From Actinomycetes bacterium (lineage in GTDB: Bacteria > Actinomycetota > Thermoleophilia > Gaiellales > Gaiellaceae), in contig JAOPYY010000005.1 in the NCBI GenBank assembly GCA_025964395.1, forward strand, positions 7,957 to 71,956: DNA of 64,000 nucleotides, given 5' to 3'. Position numbers and translations under genes: made by a program. Below the pieces are notes generated by a model that was not told the DNA's origin, ran no database searches, and was given only the letters and a program-made list of their open reading frames with translations. Positions 8,751 through 17,812 of the stretch are shown piece by piece. How positions within the stretch are numbered: the stretch's first letter is position 1; every line of letters starts with the position of its first letter.

Positions 8751-9497
8751 TTACCTAAAAGAATCGCCGGGCAAGCGCACGCCGCCGGCGAGCGCGCGCA
8801 GCGCAGGCACGGGGTCGGCTTCGGGCGGGGCGACGAGGAGCACCGCGCCGAAGCCGTCCTCCGGGCTCAGCGCGTCGACGAGCAGCTGCAGGCCGAGCGC
8901 GAGCGCGAACGCCTTATGCGACTGCGAGCCGCCAAAGGGCACGAGCTCCTCGGCGCGCGCGCGCCCTGCGAGCACGTCGCCGTGCGTGACCGCGCCCATC
9001 GAGACGTCGGTGACGATCGGCGCGTCGTCGCTGGACGGAATCGCGATCGCGAGCGGATTCGTGCCCACGAGCGGCTCACCACCGTCCGGATGCGCGAGCC
9101 GGCGCGGCGAGGTTGCCGTGAGCACGGCGACGAGCCCGCCGGCCGCGAGCCGTCGCACCCAGTAGCCGAGCGATCCGGTCGGGAACGTGCGCGAGCAGAC
9201 AACGAGCCGCGCGCGGTCGGGCGGGTCCGTGAGCTGCGACCGGATCACCGCCTCGAGCGTCAGGTAGCCGAGCGCGCCCTCACCGTTCCAGCGCTCGTAG
9301 CCGGGCCTCGACTCCACACGGCGCGGACGAGCCTCCGTGTTCAGCTCGTCCCACGTCTCGAGCCACTCGATACGTGATAGCCCGTGGCCGAGCTGGCCCC
9401 GCGCCTCCGCGTCGAGGAAGTGCGCTGCCAGCGTCTCCACGTCGTCGGCTCTGAACCCGAGCTGCGCGAGCCGGGGGCGCGCCTCCTCAGGACGCAA
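8751..9497 (-). CDS. Ldh_2 (malate/L-lactate dehydrogenase-like) family protein, short form
   Basis: Motifs GQLGHGLSRIEWL, PLVGTNPLAIAIP and FGGSQSHKAFALAL. The TTG start at 9497 was chosen because upstream codons overlap the HAD gene and translate to Arg/Ser-rich nonsense. Confidence 0.6.
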   Translation of the reverse strand: MRPEEARPRLAQLGFRADDVETLAAHFLDAEARGQLGHGLSRIEWLETWDELNTEARPRRVESRPGYERWNGEGALGYLTLEAVIRSQLTDPPDRARLVVCSRTFPTGSLGYWVRRLAAGGLVAVLTATSPRRLAHPDGGEPLVGTNPLAIAIPSSDDAPIVTDVSMGAVTHGDVLAGRARAEELVPFGGSQSHKAFALALGLQLLVDALSPEDGFGAVLLVAPPEADPVPALRALAGGVRLPGDSFR

Positions 9498-10149
9498 AGT
9501 CGACCACCGGCCAGCCGCGCTCGGCGGCGATGCGACGAAGCTTGCGGTCCGGGTTTGCGGCGACCGGATGCCCGACCGCTTCGAGGAACGGCACGTCGCT
9601 GTAGGAATCCGAGTACGCCGTCGACTCCGCGAGGTCGAGACCCTCGGCCGCCGCGAGCTCGCGCAGCGCCTCCGCCTTGCCCACCCCGTGCGCGGCGCGC
9701 AGGGTGCGTCCGGTGTAGACGCCGTCGACGCTTTCGCAGATCGAGCCGATAGCGCCGTCGAAGCCGAGATCGTCCGCAATGTGCTGCACGATCTCTTGCA
9801 GCGTCGCCGAGACGATGTAGACGCGCTCGCCGCACGCCCGGTGATGCTCGACCAGTCGTAGCGGCTCGTCGTAGACGAGCGGCCGCAGCACGGTCTCCAT
9901 CGCATCGCCGACGAGGTGCTGCATCTCCTCGACCGAGAAGCCGTTGAGGATCTTCATTCCGTCCTCGGCCGCGCTCCGGACGCGCTCGGCGCTCGCGCCG
10001 CGCAAGACGAACAGCACCTGCCAGAACGCCGACTTGACGAGGTCGAGCCGCGAAATGAGGCCGCGCTTACGGAACGTGCCCGCGAGGGCGAGGACGGATG
10101 AACGCTTGATCAGCGTCCGGTCGAGGTCGAAGAACGCGGCGGCTGCCAC
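9487..10149 (-). CDS. HAD-IB family hydrolase (SerB-like phosphatase fold)
   Basis: The DxDxT motif FFDLDRTL sits at the N-terminus, and SDSYSDVPFL lies near the C-terminus. GTG start. Confidence 0.85.
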   Translation of the reverse strand: MAAAAFFDLDRTLIKRSSVLALAGTFRKRGLISRLDLVKSAFWQVLFVLRGASAERVRSAAEDGMKILNGFSVEEMQHLVGDAMETVLRPLVYDEPLRLVEHHRACGERVYIVSATLQEIVQHIADDLGFDGAIGSICESVDGVYTGRTLRAAHGVGKAEALRELAAAEGLDLAESTAYSDSYSDVPFLEAVGHPVAANPDRKLRRIAAERGWPVVDFAS

Positions 10150-10170
10150 CGCAGCAGATTAGAGGCTACG
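10150..10170 (-). promoter_or_regulatory. -10-like hexamer TAATCT, 6 nt upstream of the GTG start (putative leaderless promoter)
   Basis: The gene-sense strand reads CGTAGCCTCTAATCTGCTGCG-GTG. There is no SD. The core AGCCTCTARTCTGC recurs at 16090-16103. Confidence 0.45.
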
Positions 10171-11227
10171 AGACGAGCGGCAACGTGCGGGTGAACCCGC
10201 CCGCACGACTTGCATCGATCACACGCGCGAGCTCGATGATCGCCTGAGCAGGCTCGGAGTCGGGCTCCCGCGTGACGAGCGGCACACCGGCATCGCCGGA
10301 CTCGCGCAGCCGCGCGTCGAGCGGGACGGTCCCGAGGAGCGGCACACCAAGCTCGCCCGCAAGCGTCTCGCCGCCGCCACTCCCAAAAACATCGGAGGTC
10401 ATGTTCTCGATCACGCCGACGACACGCATGCCGGTCTTCTGCGCCATCGTCGCCGCACGTGAGGCGACTTCCTGCGCAAGCGGCTGCGGCGTCGTGACGA
10501 CGACGGCTTCCGCGCGCGGGAGCAACTGGCCGAGCGAGATCGAGACGTCACCCGTACCCGGCGGCATGTCGACGACCAGCACGTCGAGCTCACCCCAGTG
10601 CACGTCCTGCAGGAACTGCTCGAGCGCGCGGTGCAACATCGGGCCACGCCACATCACCGGTTGGTTGTCGTCGAGGAAGAACCCGATCGACATCAGACGC
10701 ATGTTGTGCGCAACCGGCGGAACGATCATCTTGTCGACGACGACGGGCTTCTGGTCGATGCCGAGCATGTGCGGGATCGAGTGGCCGTAGATGTCCGCAT
10801 CGAGCACACCGACCTCGCGGCCCTGCGCGGCGAGTGCCGCTGCGAGGTTCACCGTCAACGTCGACTTGCCGACACCGCCCTTGCCGGACGCGACCGCGAG
10901 CACGCGCGTCTTCGGTGAGAGTTGAATCCCTTTCGTCTCGACGCCGCCGCGCAACTGGGTCGTCAAAGCGGCGCGCTCATCCGGCGACATCACGTCGAAA
11001 TGGAGCGTCACGGACGCAACATCGGGCAGCGTCCCGACGTGCTCGCCGACCTGATCCTCGAAGCTCGAACGGAGCGGGCAGCCGACGACGGTCAGCGCGA
11101 TCGTCACCGCCACGTCCGCGCCGTCGATCTCGATCGCCCGCACCATGTTCAGCTCGGTCACCGGGCGGCGCAGCTCCGGGTCGATCACACGGCCGAGCGC
11201 CTCGAGGATCTCGTCGCGTGTGGGCAT
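10166..11227 (-). CDS. apbC: Fe-S cluster carrier ATPase Mrp/ApbC (N-terminal DUF59 domain)
   Basis: P-loop SGKGGVGKST, the DUF59-like N-terminus LGRVIDPELRRPVTELNMV, and DMPPGTGD. Confidence 0.9.
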   Translation of the reverse strand: MPTRDEILEALGRVIDPELRRPVTELNMVRAIEIDGADVAVTIALTVVGCPLRSSFEDQVGEHVGTLPDVASVTLHFDVMSPDERAALTTQLRGGVETKGIQLSPKTRVLAVASGKGGVGKSTLTVNLAAALAAQGREVGVLDADIYGHSIPHMLGIDQKPVVVDKMIVPPVAHNMRLMSIGFFLDDNQPVMWRGPMLHRALEQFLQDVHWGELDVLVVDMPPGTGDVSISLGQLLPRAEAVVVTTPQPLAQEVASRAATMAQKTGMRVVGVIENMTSDVFGSGGGETLAGELGVPLLGTVPLDARLRESGDAGVPLVTREPDSEPAQAIIELARVIDASRAGGFTRTLPLVS

Positions 11228-11267
11228 GCTTCGAGGGTAGCGGAGTAGGTGAGGCGGCTACGCCGTT

Positions 11268-13544
11268 TTGGGGATGCTGAACGGCGTCTTAGTCGGCGAT
11301 GATCGTGGGATGACCACCGGTTTGCGGTACCGGCTGGAGCCTTACGCACGCGTTGGCCTCGATCTGAGCCTCGGGACGTTCCTCGCTCTGCTCTGGGTCA
11401 CGGGCGACGTGACGCTGTGGCTGCACTTGGCATACATCAGCATCGCGCTCAGAGCGTTCCTGCGGCCCTGGGCGCGCTCGACGGCGATCCGGGCGCTCAT
11501 CGTCTCGGTCGTCGGCGGTGCGGTGTTGCTGGACCTCCACGCTCAGGGAGCGATCCCCTCCAACGATCTGGTCGAGATTCCCCTGTTGACGGTGCTGGCT
11601 CTGCTCTTCGCCGCGTTCGGGCGGCAGCGAGTCCGCGCGCAGCAGGACATCATGCGCGACAAGACGAGGCTGGAGCAGCAGATCGACCGGATCCCGCTCG
11701 CCACGGTCGCGTTGGACGAGAACGCCCGAGTCGTTACCTGGAACATCACCGCCGAGCAGCTCTTCGGCTGGAAGGCCGACGAGGTGATCGGGGAGCTCAA
11801 CCCGATCGTCTCCACCGGCGAACGCGGCCACTCCGACGAACTCTTCGCCCGGATCCAGGCCGGCGAGCGCCTGAACGGCATCGAGGTGACGAGGCACGCC
11901 CGCGACGGCTCCGTCCTCGAGTTGTGCCTCTACTCAGCACCGCTCGGCGAGACCGGGACGATCGTCCTCTACGACGACATCCGCGAACGTAAGCGGGCGG
12001 AGCGGGAGCGCGATCAGGCGGAGGGGCGCTATCGCAACCTGATCGAGTCGCTGCCCCTCGTCACCTACGTCGACCTGGTCGACGATCACGCGACCAACGT
12101 CTACACGAGCCCGCAGATTGTCGACCTCCTCGGCTGGTCGCTCGCCGAGTGGGGAGCCGATTCGCGGCTCCTCGAGAACGTCCTCCATCCGGACGACACC
12201 GAACGCGTCATGGCCGAGGTTGTCCATGCGAACGAGACGCGCGAGCCGTTCGACTCGGAGTACCGGCTCCGCCACCGCGAGGGCCACTACGTCTGGGTCC
12301 GCGACCAGAGCGCGATCATGGAAGACAACGGCGAGGCGTTTGCGCGCGGGTTCTTGCTCGACATCACCGAGCAGAAGAAGCTCGAAGAGCAGCTCCGACA
12401 GGCACAGAAGATGGACGCGCTCGGGCAATTCGCCGGCGGGATTGCACACGACTTCAACAACCTGCTGACCGGGATCGGCGGCTACGCAGAGCTGGCCGCT
12501 TCGTCAACCGAGCGCGGCACCGTGATTTCGCGCTGCCTCGACGGCATCAAGACCGCCACCGAAGAAGCTGCCAGCCTCACCTCTCGTCTCCTCGCCTTCA
12601 GTCGGCGCAACGTGCCGGAACGGCGGATCGTCGACCTGAACGAGATCGTGCGCGAAGCTGCGTCGCTGCTCGAGCGGCTTGTCCGCTCTGACATTCGCGT
12701 GAGCCTCGCGCTCGCCCATCCGCTGCCGGCCGTCGCAGCCGATCTTGCGCAGTTGAAGCAGGTCGTGCTCAACCTCGCATTGAACGCGCGCGACGCGATG
12801 CCTGACGGCGGCACGCTGACGATCGAGACGACCGTCTCCGGCGAGTCCGTTGTCCTGCGCGTGCGCGACAGCGGGATGGGCATGGACGCGGCGACCAGGT
12901 CGCGCGCGCTGGAGCCGTTCTTCACGACCAAGCCAGAAGGCGAGGGAACGGGCCTCGGTCTCTCCCTCGTCTACGGGGTCGTGGACGGGCTCGGCGGACG
13001 GCTGTCGATCGAATCGGCGATCGGGCTCGGAACGATCGTCGAGATCGCGCTACCTGCCGCGGACGCCCTGCCCGACGAACCGGTGGAGCTGGACGACAAC
13101 GAGCCCGTCGACGTGCACAACGCCGAGCGCGTGCTCGTCGTCGAGGACCGGCAGGTCGTTCGTGAGCTGACGCGCGACGTGCTCGAGTCTGCGGGATTCG
13201 ACGTGATCGCCGTTGCCGGTGGCCGTGAGGCGCTCGAAGAGGTGGCGTCGAGCCAACCGTTCGATCTCTTGCTCACCGACGTCGTGATGCCGGAGATGAG
13301 CGGCCCAGAGCTTGCCGTGAAGCTCCGCGCACGGCGACCCGAGTTGCCCGTCCTCTACATGTCCGGCTACACCGACGACGTGCTCAGCGCACACGAGCTC
13401 GCGCAAGACGCGACGGCGTTCTTGCGCAAGCCGTTCGGCAACGCCGAGCTGATCACCGCCGCGCGCACGTTGCTCGACGCTCAACCCTGGGCGCCGGCGG
13501 CGTTGGCGAAGGCCAAGAGCTCGGCGTTCACCTCCGCCGGCTGA
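11268..13544 (+). CDS. hybrid sensor histidine kinase (membrane N-terminus, 2 PAS, HisKA, HATPase, C-terminal receiver)
   Basis: H-box [15 protein letters not shown] boxes LNARDAM and GTGLGLS, receiver [16 protein letters not shown]. An alternative ATG start exists at 11310. Confidence 0.85.
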   Translation: MGMLNGVLVGDDRGMTTGLRYRLEPYARVGLDLSLGTFLALLWVTGDVTLWLHLAYISIALRAFLRPWARSTAIRALIVSVVGGAVLLDLHAQGAIPSNDLVEIPLLTVLALLFAAFGRQRVRAQQDIMRDKTRLEQQIDRIPLATVALDENARVVTWNITAEQLFGWKADEVIGELNPIVSTGERGHSDELFARIQAGERLNGIEVTRHARDGSVLELCLYSAPLGETGTIVLYDDIRERKRAERERDQAEGRYRNLIESLPLVTYVDLVDDHATNVYTSPQIVDLLGWSLAEWGADSRLLENVLHPDDTERVMAEVVHANETREPFDSEYRLRHREGHYVWVRDQSAIMEDNGEAFARGFLLDITEQKKLEEQLRQAQKMDALGQFAGGIAHDFNNLLTGIGGYAELAASSTERGTVISRCLDGIKTATEEAASLTSRLLAFSRRNVPERRIVDLNEIVREAASLLERLVRSDIRVSLALAHPLPAVAADLAQLKQVVLNLALNARDAMPDGGTLTIETTVSGESVVLRVRDSGMGMDAATRSRALEPFFTTKPEGEGTGLGLSLVYGVVDGLGGRLSIESAIGLGTIVEIALPAADALPDEPVELDDNEPVDVHNAERVLVVEDRQVVRELTRDVLESAGFDVIAVAGGREALEEVASSQPFDLLLTDVVMPEMSGPELAVKLRARRPELPVLYMSGYTDDVLSAHELAQDATAFLRKPFGNAELITAARTLLDAQPWAPAALAKAKSSAFTSAG

Positions 13545-14311
13545 CCGAGCCGTCGCTTCAGGTAGAGGGCGTTCTCGACCGCGTAGCCCTCCCAGTCGTT
13601 ATTGAAGTACGCGAACACATCCGCCCCGCTCGACCAGCGCCCGAGACGCGCCGCCCACTCGTCGAGTTCCGCATGCGAGTAGTTGCCGTTCGCGCCGCGT
13701 GTGCCGCCGTGGAAGCGCACGAACGTGAAGTCAGCCGTCAGCTCGTGCGCCTGGAAGTCGTTCACCTGCGGGCGGTCGCCGATCACCAGCGCGACGTTGT
13801 GCTCACGCAGCAGCGTGTACGTCTGCTCGGTGAACCACGAGGGGTGGCGGAACTCGAACGCGTGCCGCTGTCCGCCGCCGTTCGGAACGCTGCGCAGGTG
13901 TTCGAGCGCAAGGGCGAGCCGGTCGAGGTCGAGCGGGAACGTCGGCGGTAGTTGCCAGAGCAGCGGCCCCAACTTTGGCGACTCGAGCAGCGGCAGGATG
14001 CGCTCGTAGAGCAGCGGAAGGTGCTGCGGTACGTCGAGCAGCCGCTTGATGTGCGTGACATAGCGACTGACCTTCACCGCGAATATGAATCCGGCGGGGG
14101 TCTCCTCGACCCAGCGCGCCACGATCGGCGCCTTCGGCAGGCGATAGAACGTCATGTTGACCTCGACGGTGTCGAAGTGCTTCGCGTAGAAGCGCAGCCA
14201 GTTCCTCGGCGCGCAGCGGGGCGGATAGAACACGCCGTTGCGCCAGTGCGCGTAGTTCCAGCCGGAGCAGCCGACCCTTATGCGGTGAGGGCTGTCGCGA
14301 GCCGAGCGCAC
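13481..14311 (-). CDS. DUF72 family protein
   Basis: IRVGCSGWNYAHWRNGVFYP and FEFRHPSW are typical of DUF72. The GTG at 14311 is the nearest in-frame start upstream of the conserved N-terminus. Confidence 0.75.
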   Translation of the reverse strand: MRSARDSPHRIRVGCSGWNYAHWRNGVFYPPRCAPRNWLRFYAKHFDTVEVNMTFYRLPKAPIVARWVEETPAGFIFAVKVSRYVTHIKRLLDVPQHLPLLYERILPLLESPKLGPLLWQLPPTFPLDLDRLALALEHLRSVPNGGGQRHAFEFRHPSWFTEQTYTLLREHNVALVIGDRPQVNDFQAHELTADFTFVRFHGGTRGANGNYSHAELDEWAARLGRWSSGADVFAYFNNDWEGYAVENALYLKRRLGQPAEVNAELLAFANAAGAQG

Positions 14312-15063
14312 AGCTCGTCGTTCCCCGCCGCGACGACGCGTGAACGTCCTTCGAGATCGAGCGGTGCAGCCGCGAACGGAGACGCGTCGGGCAGGTCGAT
14401 CGCGAGCCCCTGCTCGAGCACGAGGAGCTGTGCGGCGGCGATGTCGACCGAGCGCGCCGCCTTGAGGGAGACGACGCCGTCGACGCGCCCGGCGGCGAGG
14501 TGGCAGAGCGTGATCGCCAGCGACCCCATGATCCGCAGGCGGTGCGCGACACCGTCGAAGCGCGCGGCGTTCTCCGAGACGTACGCGGTCGTCGTCGCCT
14601 CGAACGACAGGATCTCCAGCTCGTCCTTGGGCCGCTCGGTGATGGGCTTGCCGTTGAGGAATGCGCCGCCGCCGCGCGTCGCCGTCCATTCTTCGCGCGC
14701 CCCGAAGTCGTAGACGTAGCCGAAGACGACGTCGCCCATCGTGTCGCCGTCCGCAACGGCGATCGAGATCGAGAAGAACGGGATGCCGCGCTTCGCGTTC
14801 AGCGACCCGTCGATCGGATCGACGACGACGGTCCAGCGGCCGTCGCCGAACAGGCCGATCTCTTCGCTGACGATGCGCACGTCCTCGCCGCGGAAGCGCT
14901 CGAGGATCACCGCCTCGGCGGCGGCGTCGATCGCGGTCGTGTCATCGCCGCCCTCACCGTCGCCGTGCACCGGCTCGCGATCGGCGCGGAAGGGCAGCTC
15001 CTCGAGCACGCGCTCGACGTCGTCGCGAGCCGCCCGACACAGCGTCAACCAATCAGGCGTCAT
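14278..15063 (-). CDS. inositol monophosphatase / FBPase family protein
   Basis: Motifs SEEIG and VVVDPIDGSLNAKRG. 4-nt overlap with the upstream gene. Confidence 0.85.
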   Translation of the reverse strand: MTPDWLTLCRAARDDVERVLEELPFRADREPVHGDGEGGDDTTAIDAAAEAVILERFRGEDVRIVSEEIGLFGDGRWTVVVDPIDGSLNAKRGIPFFSISIAVADGDTMGDVVFGYVYDFGAREEWTATRGGGAFLNGKPITERPKDELEILSFEATTTAYVSENAARFDGVAHRLRIMGSLAITLCHLAAGRVDGVVSLKAARSVDIAAAQLLVLEQGLAIDLPDASPFAAAPLDLEGRSRVVAAGNDELCARLATALTA

Positions 15064-16085
15064 ACCGGGTGGAACAGCAGGCCGGAGGTGAGCTTCGGGA
15101 AGAAGAACGTCGACTTCTGCGGCATCACGTCGCCGGCTTCCGCGAACGCCGCGACCTGTTCCGTCGTCACCGGCTGGAGCAGGAATGCCGCCGCAGCGTC
15201 GCCCTGGTCGACGGCTGCGATCGCCTCGTCGGCGTACGCGGTGTAGCTGACGCCTTCCGGCGCGAACGACTCGACGACGCGCGGGCCGAAGCCGTCATCA
15301 GTGCGCACCCGCACGTACTTGCCGTCGCGGTAGAGCGTGACGCCGTCGCCGGGACCTTCGACGTCGTCGCCGGGCACGTCGCCGACCGACTGCACGATGC
15401 GGTGCGTCGGGAAGATCTCGAGCCCGGGAGCGCGCGACGAGACGAGGATCGCAAAGGTGTGCGTCGCTGCCGGGTTCTCCTCGCGGTAGGCGACCGCGGT
15501 CTCGTAACGGTGGTGCCCGTCGGCGATCAGCAGCGGCGTGTCGATCGTCACCTCGTCGGCCACGATCGGCCACATGCGCGTGCGCACACCGCCCTCCTCG
15601 ACGTCGACCGCGGGCTCACCGGCCGGGCGCGCGAAGACGGGGTCGGCGTCGTAAAGGAGAAAGATCGGCTCGAGCTGTGTCTGCGTCGCGCGCAGCAGGC
15701 GCAACCGTCCCTCCTTCGGACCGGCGTGTGTCCGCTCGTGCGGCAAGATCTGGCGCTCCTCGTACGGCGAGACCGGAACCGAGGCTGCGACGCCCTCACG
15801 GGTGCGGGCAACCCCGTCGGGCCCGACGTAGTCCTGAGCGACCCACCAGTAGAGGTCGTCGCCGCATGCGAGCACGCCACGCTCGCGCCAGTCCGTGAAG
15901 TCGGCCGCCGCCTGCTCGTCGGAGTCCGGCAGGGTCAGGTGCACGACGTTGTAGGGACTGCGCGCGAGGTACTCGCGGCGCTGCTCGTCCGAGATCACGT
16001 CGTACGGCGGCGCCACCAGCTCGTCGAGCGGCCCAGCGACCGCGGGGTCGTAGCGAAGCGCGCGAAAAGGTCTGACGGTCGGCAC
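15060..16085 (-). CDS. DUF1015 family protein
   Basis: N-terminus MPTVRPFRALRYDP..LVAPPYDVIS and IADGHHRYETA. Confidence 0.85.
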   Translation of the reverse strand: MPTVRPFRALRYDPAVAGPLDELVAPPYDVISDEQRREYLARSPYNVVHLTLPDSDEQAAADFTDWRERGVLACGDDLYWWVAQDYVGPDGVARTREGVAASVPVSPYEERQILPHERTHAGPKEGRLRLLRATQTQLEPIFLLYDADPVFARPAGEPAVDVEEGGVRTRMWPIVADEVTIDTPLLIADGHHRYETAVAYREENPAATHTFAILVSSRAPGLEIFPTHRIVQSVGDVPGDDVEGPGDGVTLYRDGKYVRVRTDDGFGPRVVESFAPEGVSYTAYADEAIAAVDQGDAAAAFLLQPVTTEQVAAFAEAGDVMPQKSTFFFPKLTSGLLFHPV

Positions 16086-16103
16086 TCCGGCAGACTAGAG
16101 GCT
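16086..16103. promoter_or_regulatory. 18-bp divergent intergenic region with overlapping -10-like hexamers on both strands
   Basis: Minus strand: TAGTCT (16092-16097), then 6 nt, then GTG at 16085. Plus strand: CAGACT (16091-16096), then 7 nt, then GTG at 16104. No SD on either side. Confidence 0.4.
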
Positions 16104-16823
16104 GTGGTTCGCACCCTGTCGCAGGCAGCGAAGTGGGTCGACAAGGTCGGTCTCGCGCTGATCTTTCCGAAGACGGATGTTGTGCTCCCTTCGCTCTGGG
16201 AGCAGGTCAACGGCGACGCCGGCCGCAACTGGGCGGTGCGCGACGAGGAGGGCGGCTTCGTCGAGTGGACGGAGGAGATGGGCTTTCTCTGGGGCGCGAA
16301 GGACGAGTTGCCGGCGCGGGGCCTCGTCTGCGTGGGCAAGCACGTCGCGCGGGTCGCGACCTGTGTCGCGCCGCGCCTCGTTCCTACGCTGGTCGCTGCG
16401 GGCGAGCCCTATGAGCCCGAGGGCATCGAGGCCGAGGTCGTCGAGGCGATCGCCGGCGAAGGGCCGCTGACAGGCCCCGCGCTGCGCGAGGTGACGGGCG
16501 CGCCGAAGAAGGACGTCGACAAGGCCGTCGTTGCCCTCCACCGCCGGCTCGTGCTCACGAACTCGCACCTCGTAGAGCGGGACGGACCGTGGGGCGCGAT
16601 CGCCCACGACCTGCTCGCGCGCAAGTGGAAGCTTCCGAGGCGGCTCCCGAAGCGGCAGGAGGCCCGACGCGAGCTCGCACGGCTCTTTCTGGCCGCGGCC
16701 GGCGAGGTCACGGCCGCCGACCTCAGCCCGCTCGGCTGGCGACGGAAGGAGGCCGCCGCGGTGCTGGACGAGGTCGCCAAAGGCCGGGACGAGGAGGGGT
16801 TCCGCATCTGGAGGCAGCGCTAG
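16104..16823 (+). CDS. hypothetical protein (239 aa)
   Basis: This is the only part of the long ORF 15069..16823 that is not antisense to DUF1015. The sequence looks like a real protein. GTG start. No secure family assignment. Confidence 0.6.
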   Translation: MVRTLSQAAKWVDKVGLALIFPKTDVVLPSLWEQVNGDAGRNWAVRDEEGGFVEWTEEMGFLWGAKDELPARGLVCVGKHVARVATCVAPRLVPTLVAAGEPYEPEGIEAEVVEAIAGEGPLTGPALREVTGAPKKDVDKAVVALHRRLVLTNSHLVERDGPWGAIAHDLLARKWKLPRRLPKRQEARRELARLFLAAAGEVTAADLSPLGWRRKEAAAVLDEVAKGRDEEGFRIWRQR

Positions 16824-16999
16824 ATGATTGATCGGCAATTGGAGCACCCGCGGATGGTGGCCTGGATGCGGCGCATCTCGGCCAGGCCGGGCTTGAACGT
16901 AGGCACCGCTATGCCCTTCGCCCGACCTGTCCGACCTGCTTGATCCAGACCATCCCCGCGAGCACTCGAACTGCCGACCAACCATCTAGGCTGGCCCTC

Positions 17000-17812
17000 G
17001 TGACGATCGCTGAGCTTGCCGAAGATCGCGTCGTCGAGGGCATCTACGCCGTCAAGACGAAACGGAAGCTCCGGACGAAGAGCGGCGCCTCCTACCTCGC
17101 GCTCGAGCTCGTCGACCCGACCGGGAAGATCGAGGCCCGCGTCTGGAAGGACGTGGAGCTGCTCGACGGCCGCTTCGGCGAAGGCGATGCGGTGCGCGTG
17201 CTCGGACGCGTCGAGAAGTTCCAGAACCGCCTACAGCTCGACGTGCGTTCGCTCGAGGCGGCCGACGTCGATCCCTCGTCCCTCACGCCGACGATCCGGC
17301 GCGACGCCGACGAGATCGCCGGCTTCCTCGACTTCCTCGTCGCGGAGATCTCACACTCGGCGCTGACTGCGACCGTGCAGGCCGTGCTCGCGGACCGCGA
17401 TCTCGCCGCGTACCCGGCGACCGCGGACGACCATCACTCTTACGCGGGCGGACTGCTCGAGCACACCGTCGGCGTCGCAACGCTTTGCCGCGAGACGTCG
17501 CAGCTCCACCCACGGCTGCGGCCCGATCTGCTGCTCGCGGCGGCGCTCGTGCACGACGTCGGCCGGACGATCGAGCTCGGTCGTGGGCCTGCATTCACGG
17601 TCACCGACGAGGGGCGACTGCTTGGGCACGTGCACCTCGGCCTGCGCTTGATCGAAGAGCGTGCGCAGGGACTGACCGCCGGACAACTCGCGGAGCTCTT
17701 GCACTGCGTCGCCGTGCACCACGACGCCCGCGGCGCCCGCACGGCCGAGGCCGCCGTGCTCTACCACGCGAACCAGCTCGACGCGATCGCCGCCACCCGC
17801 AGAGTCGATTGA
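17000..17812 (+). CDS. OB-fold plus HD-domain protein (YhaM-like 3'-5' exoribonuclease family)
   Basis: N-terminal OB fold (YLALELVDPTGKIEARVW) and HD motifs HHSYAGGLLEHT and LVHDVGR. The GTG at 17000 follows TAGGCT plus a 7-nt spacer. Confidence 0.7.
   Translation: MTIAELAEDRVVEGIYAVKTKRKLRTKSGASYLALELVDPTGKIEARVWKDVELLDGRFGEGDAVRVLGRVEKFQNRLQLDVRSLEAADVDPSSLTPTIRRDADEIAGFLDFLVAEISHSALTATVQAVLADRDLAAYPATADDHHSYAGGLLEHTVGVATLCRETSQLHPRLRPDLLLAAALVHDVGRTIELGRGPAFTVTDEGRLLGHVHLGLRLIEERAQGLTAGQLAELLHCVAVHHDARGARTAEAAVLYHANQLDAIAATRRVD

Noticed and set aside
9498-9905. Longer N-terminal extension of the Ldh_2-like gene (ORF 8751..9905).
   Set aside because: The extension lies entirely inside the HAD hydrolase coding region on the same strand and translates to Ser/Arg-rich low-complexity sequence.
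16940-16999. Upstream TTG start of the YhaM-like gene, as given in the ORF track.
   Set aside because: The extra 20 residues are non-conserved-looking. The GTG at 17000 sits 7 nt after a TAGGCT hexamer and directly precedes the OB-fold. This is kept as an alternative rather than excluded.
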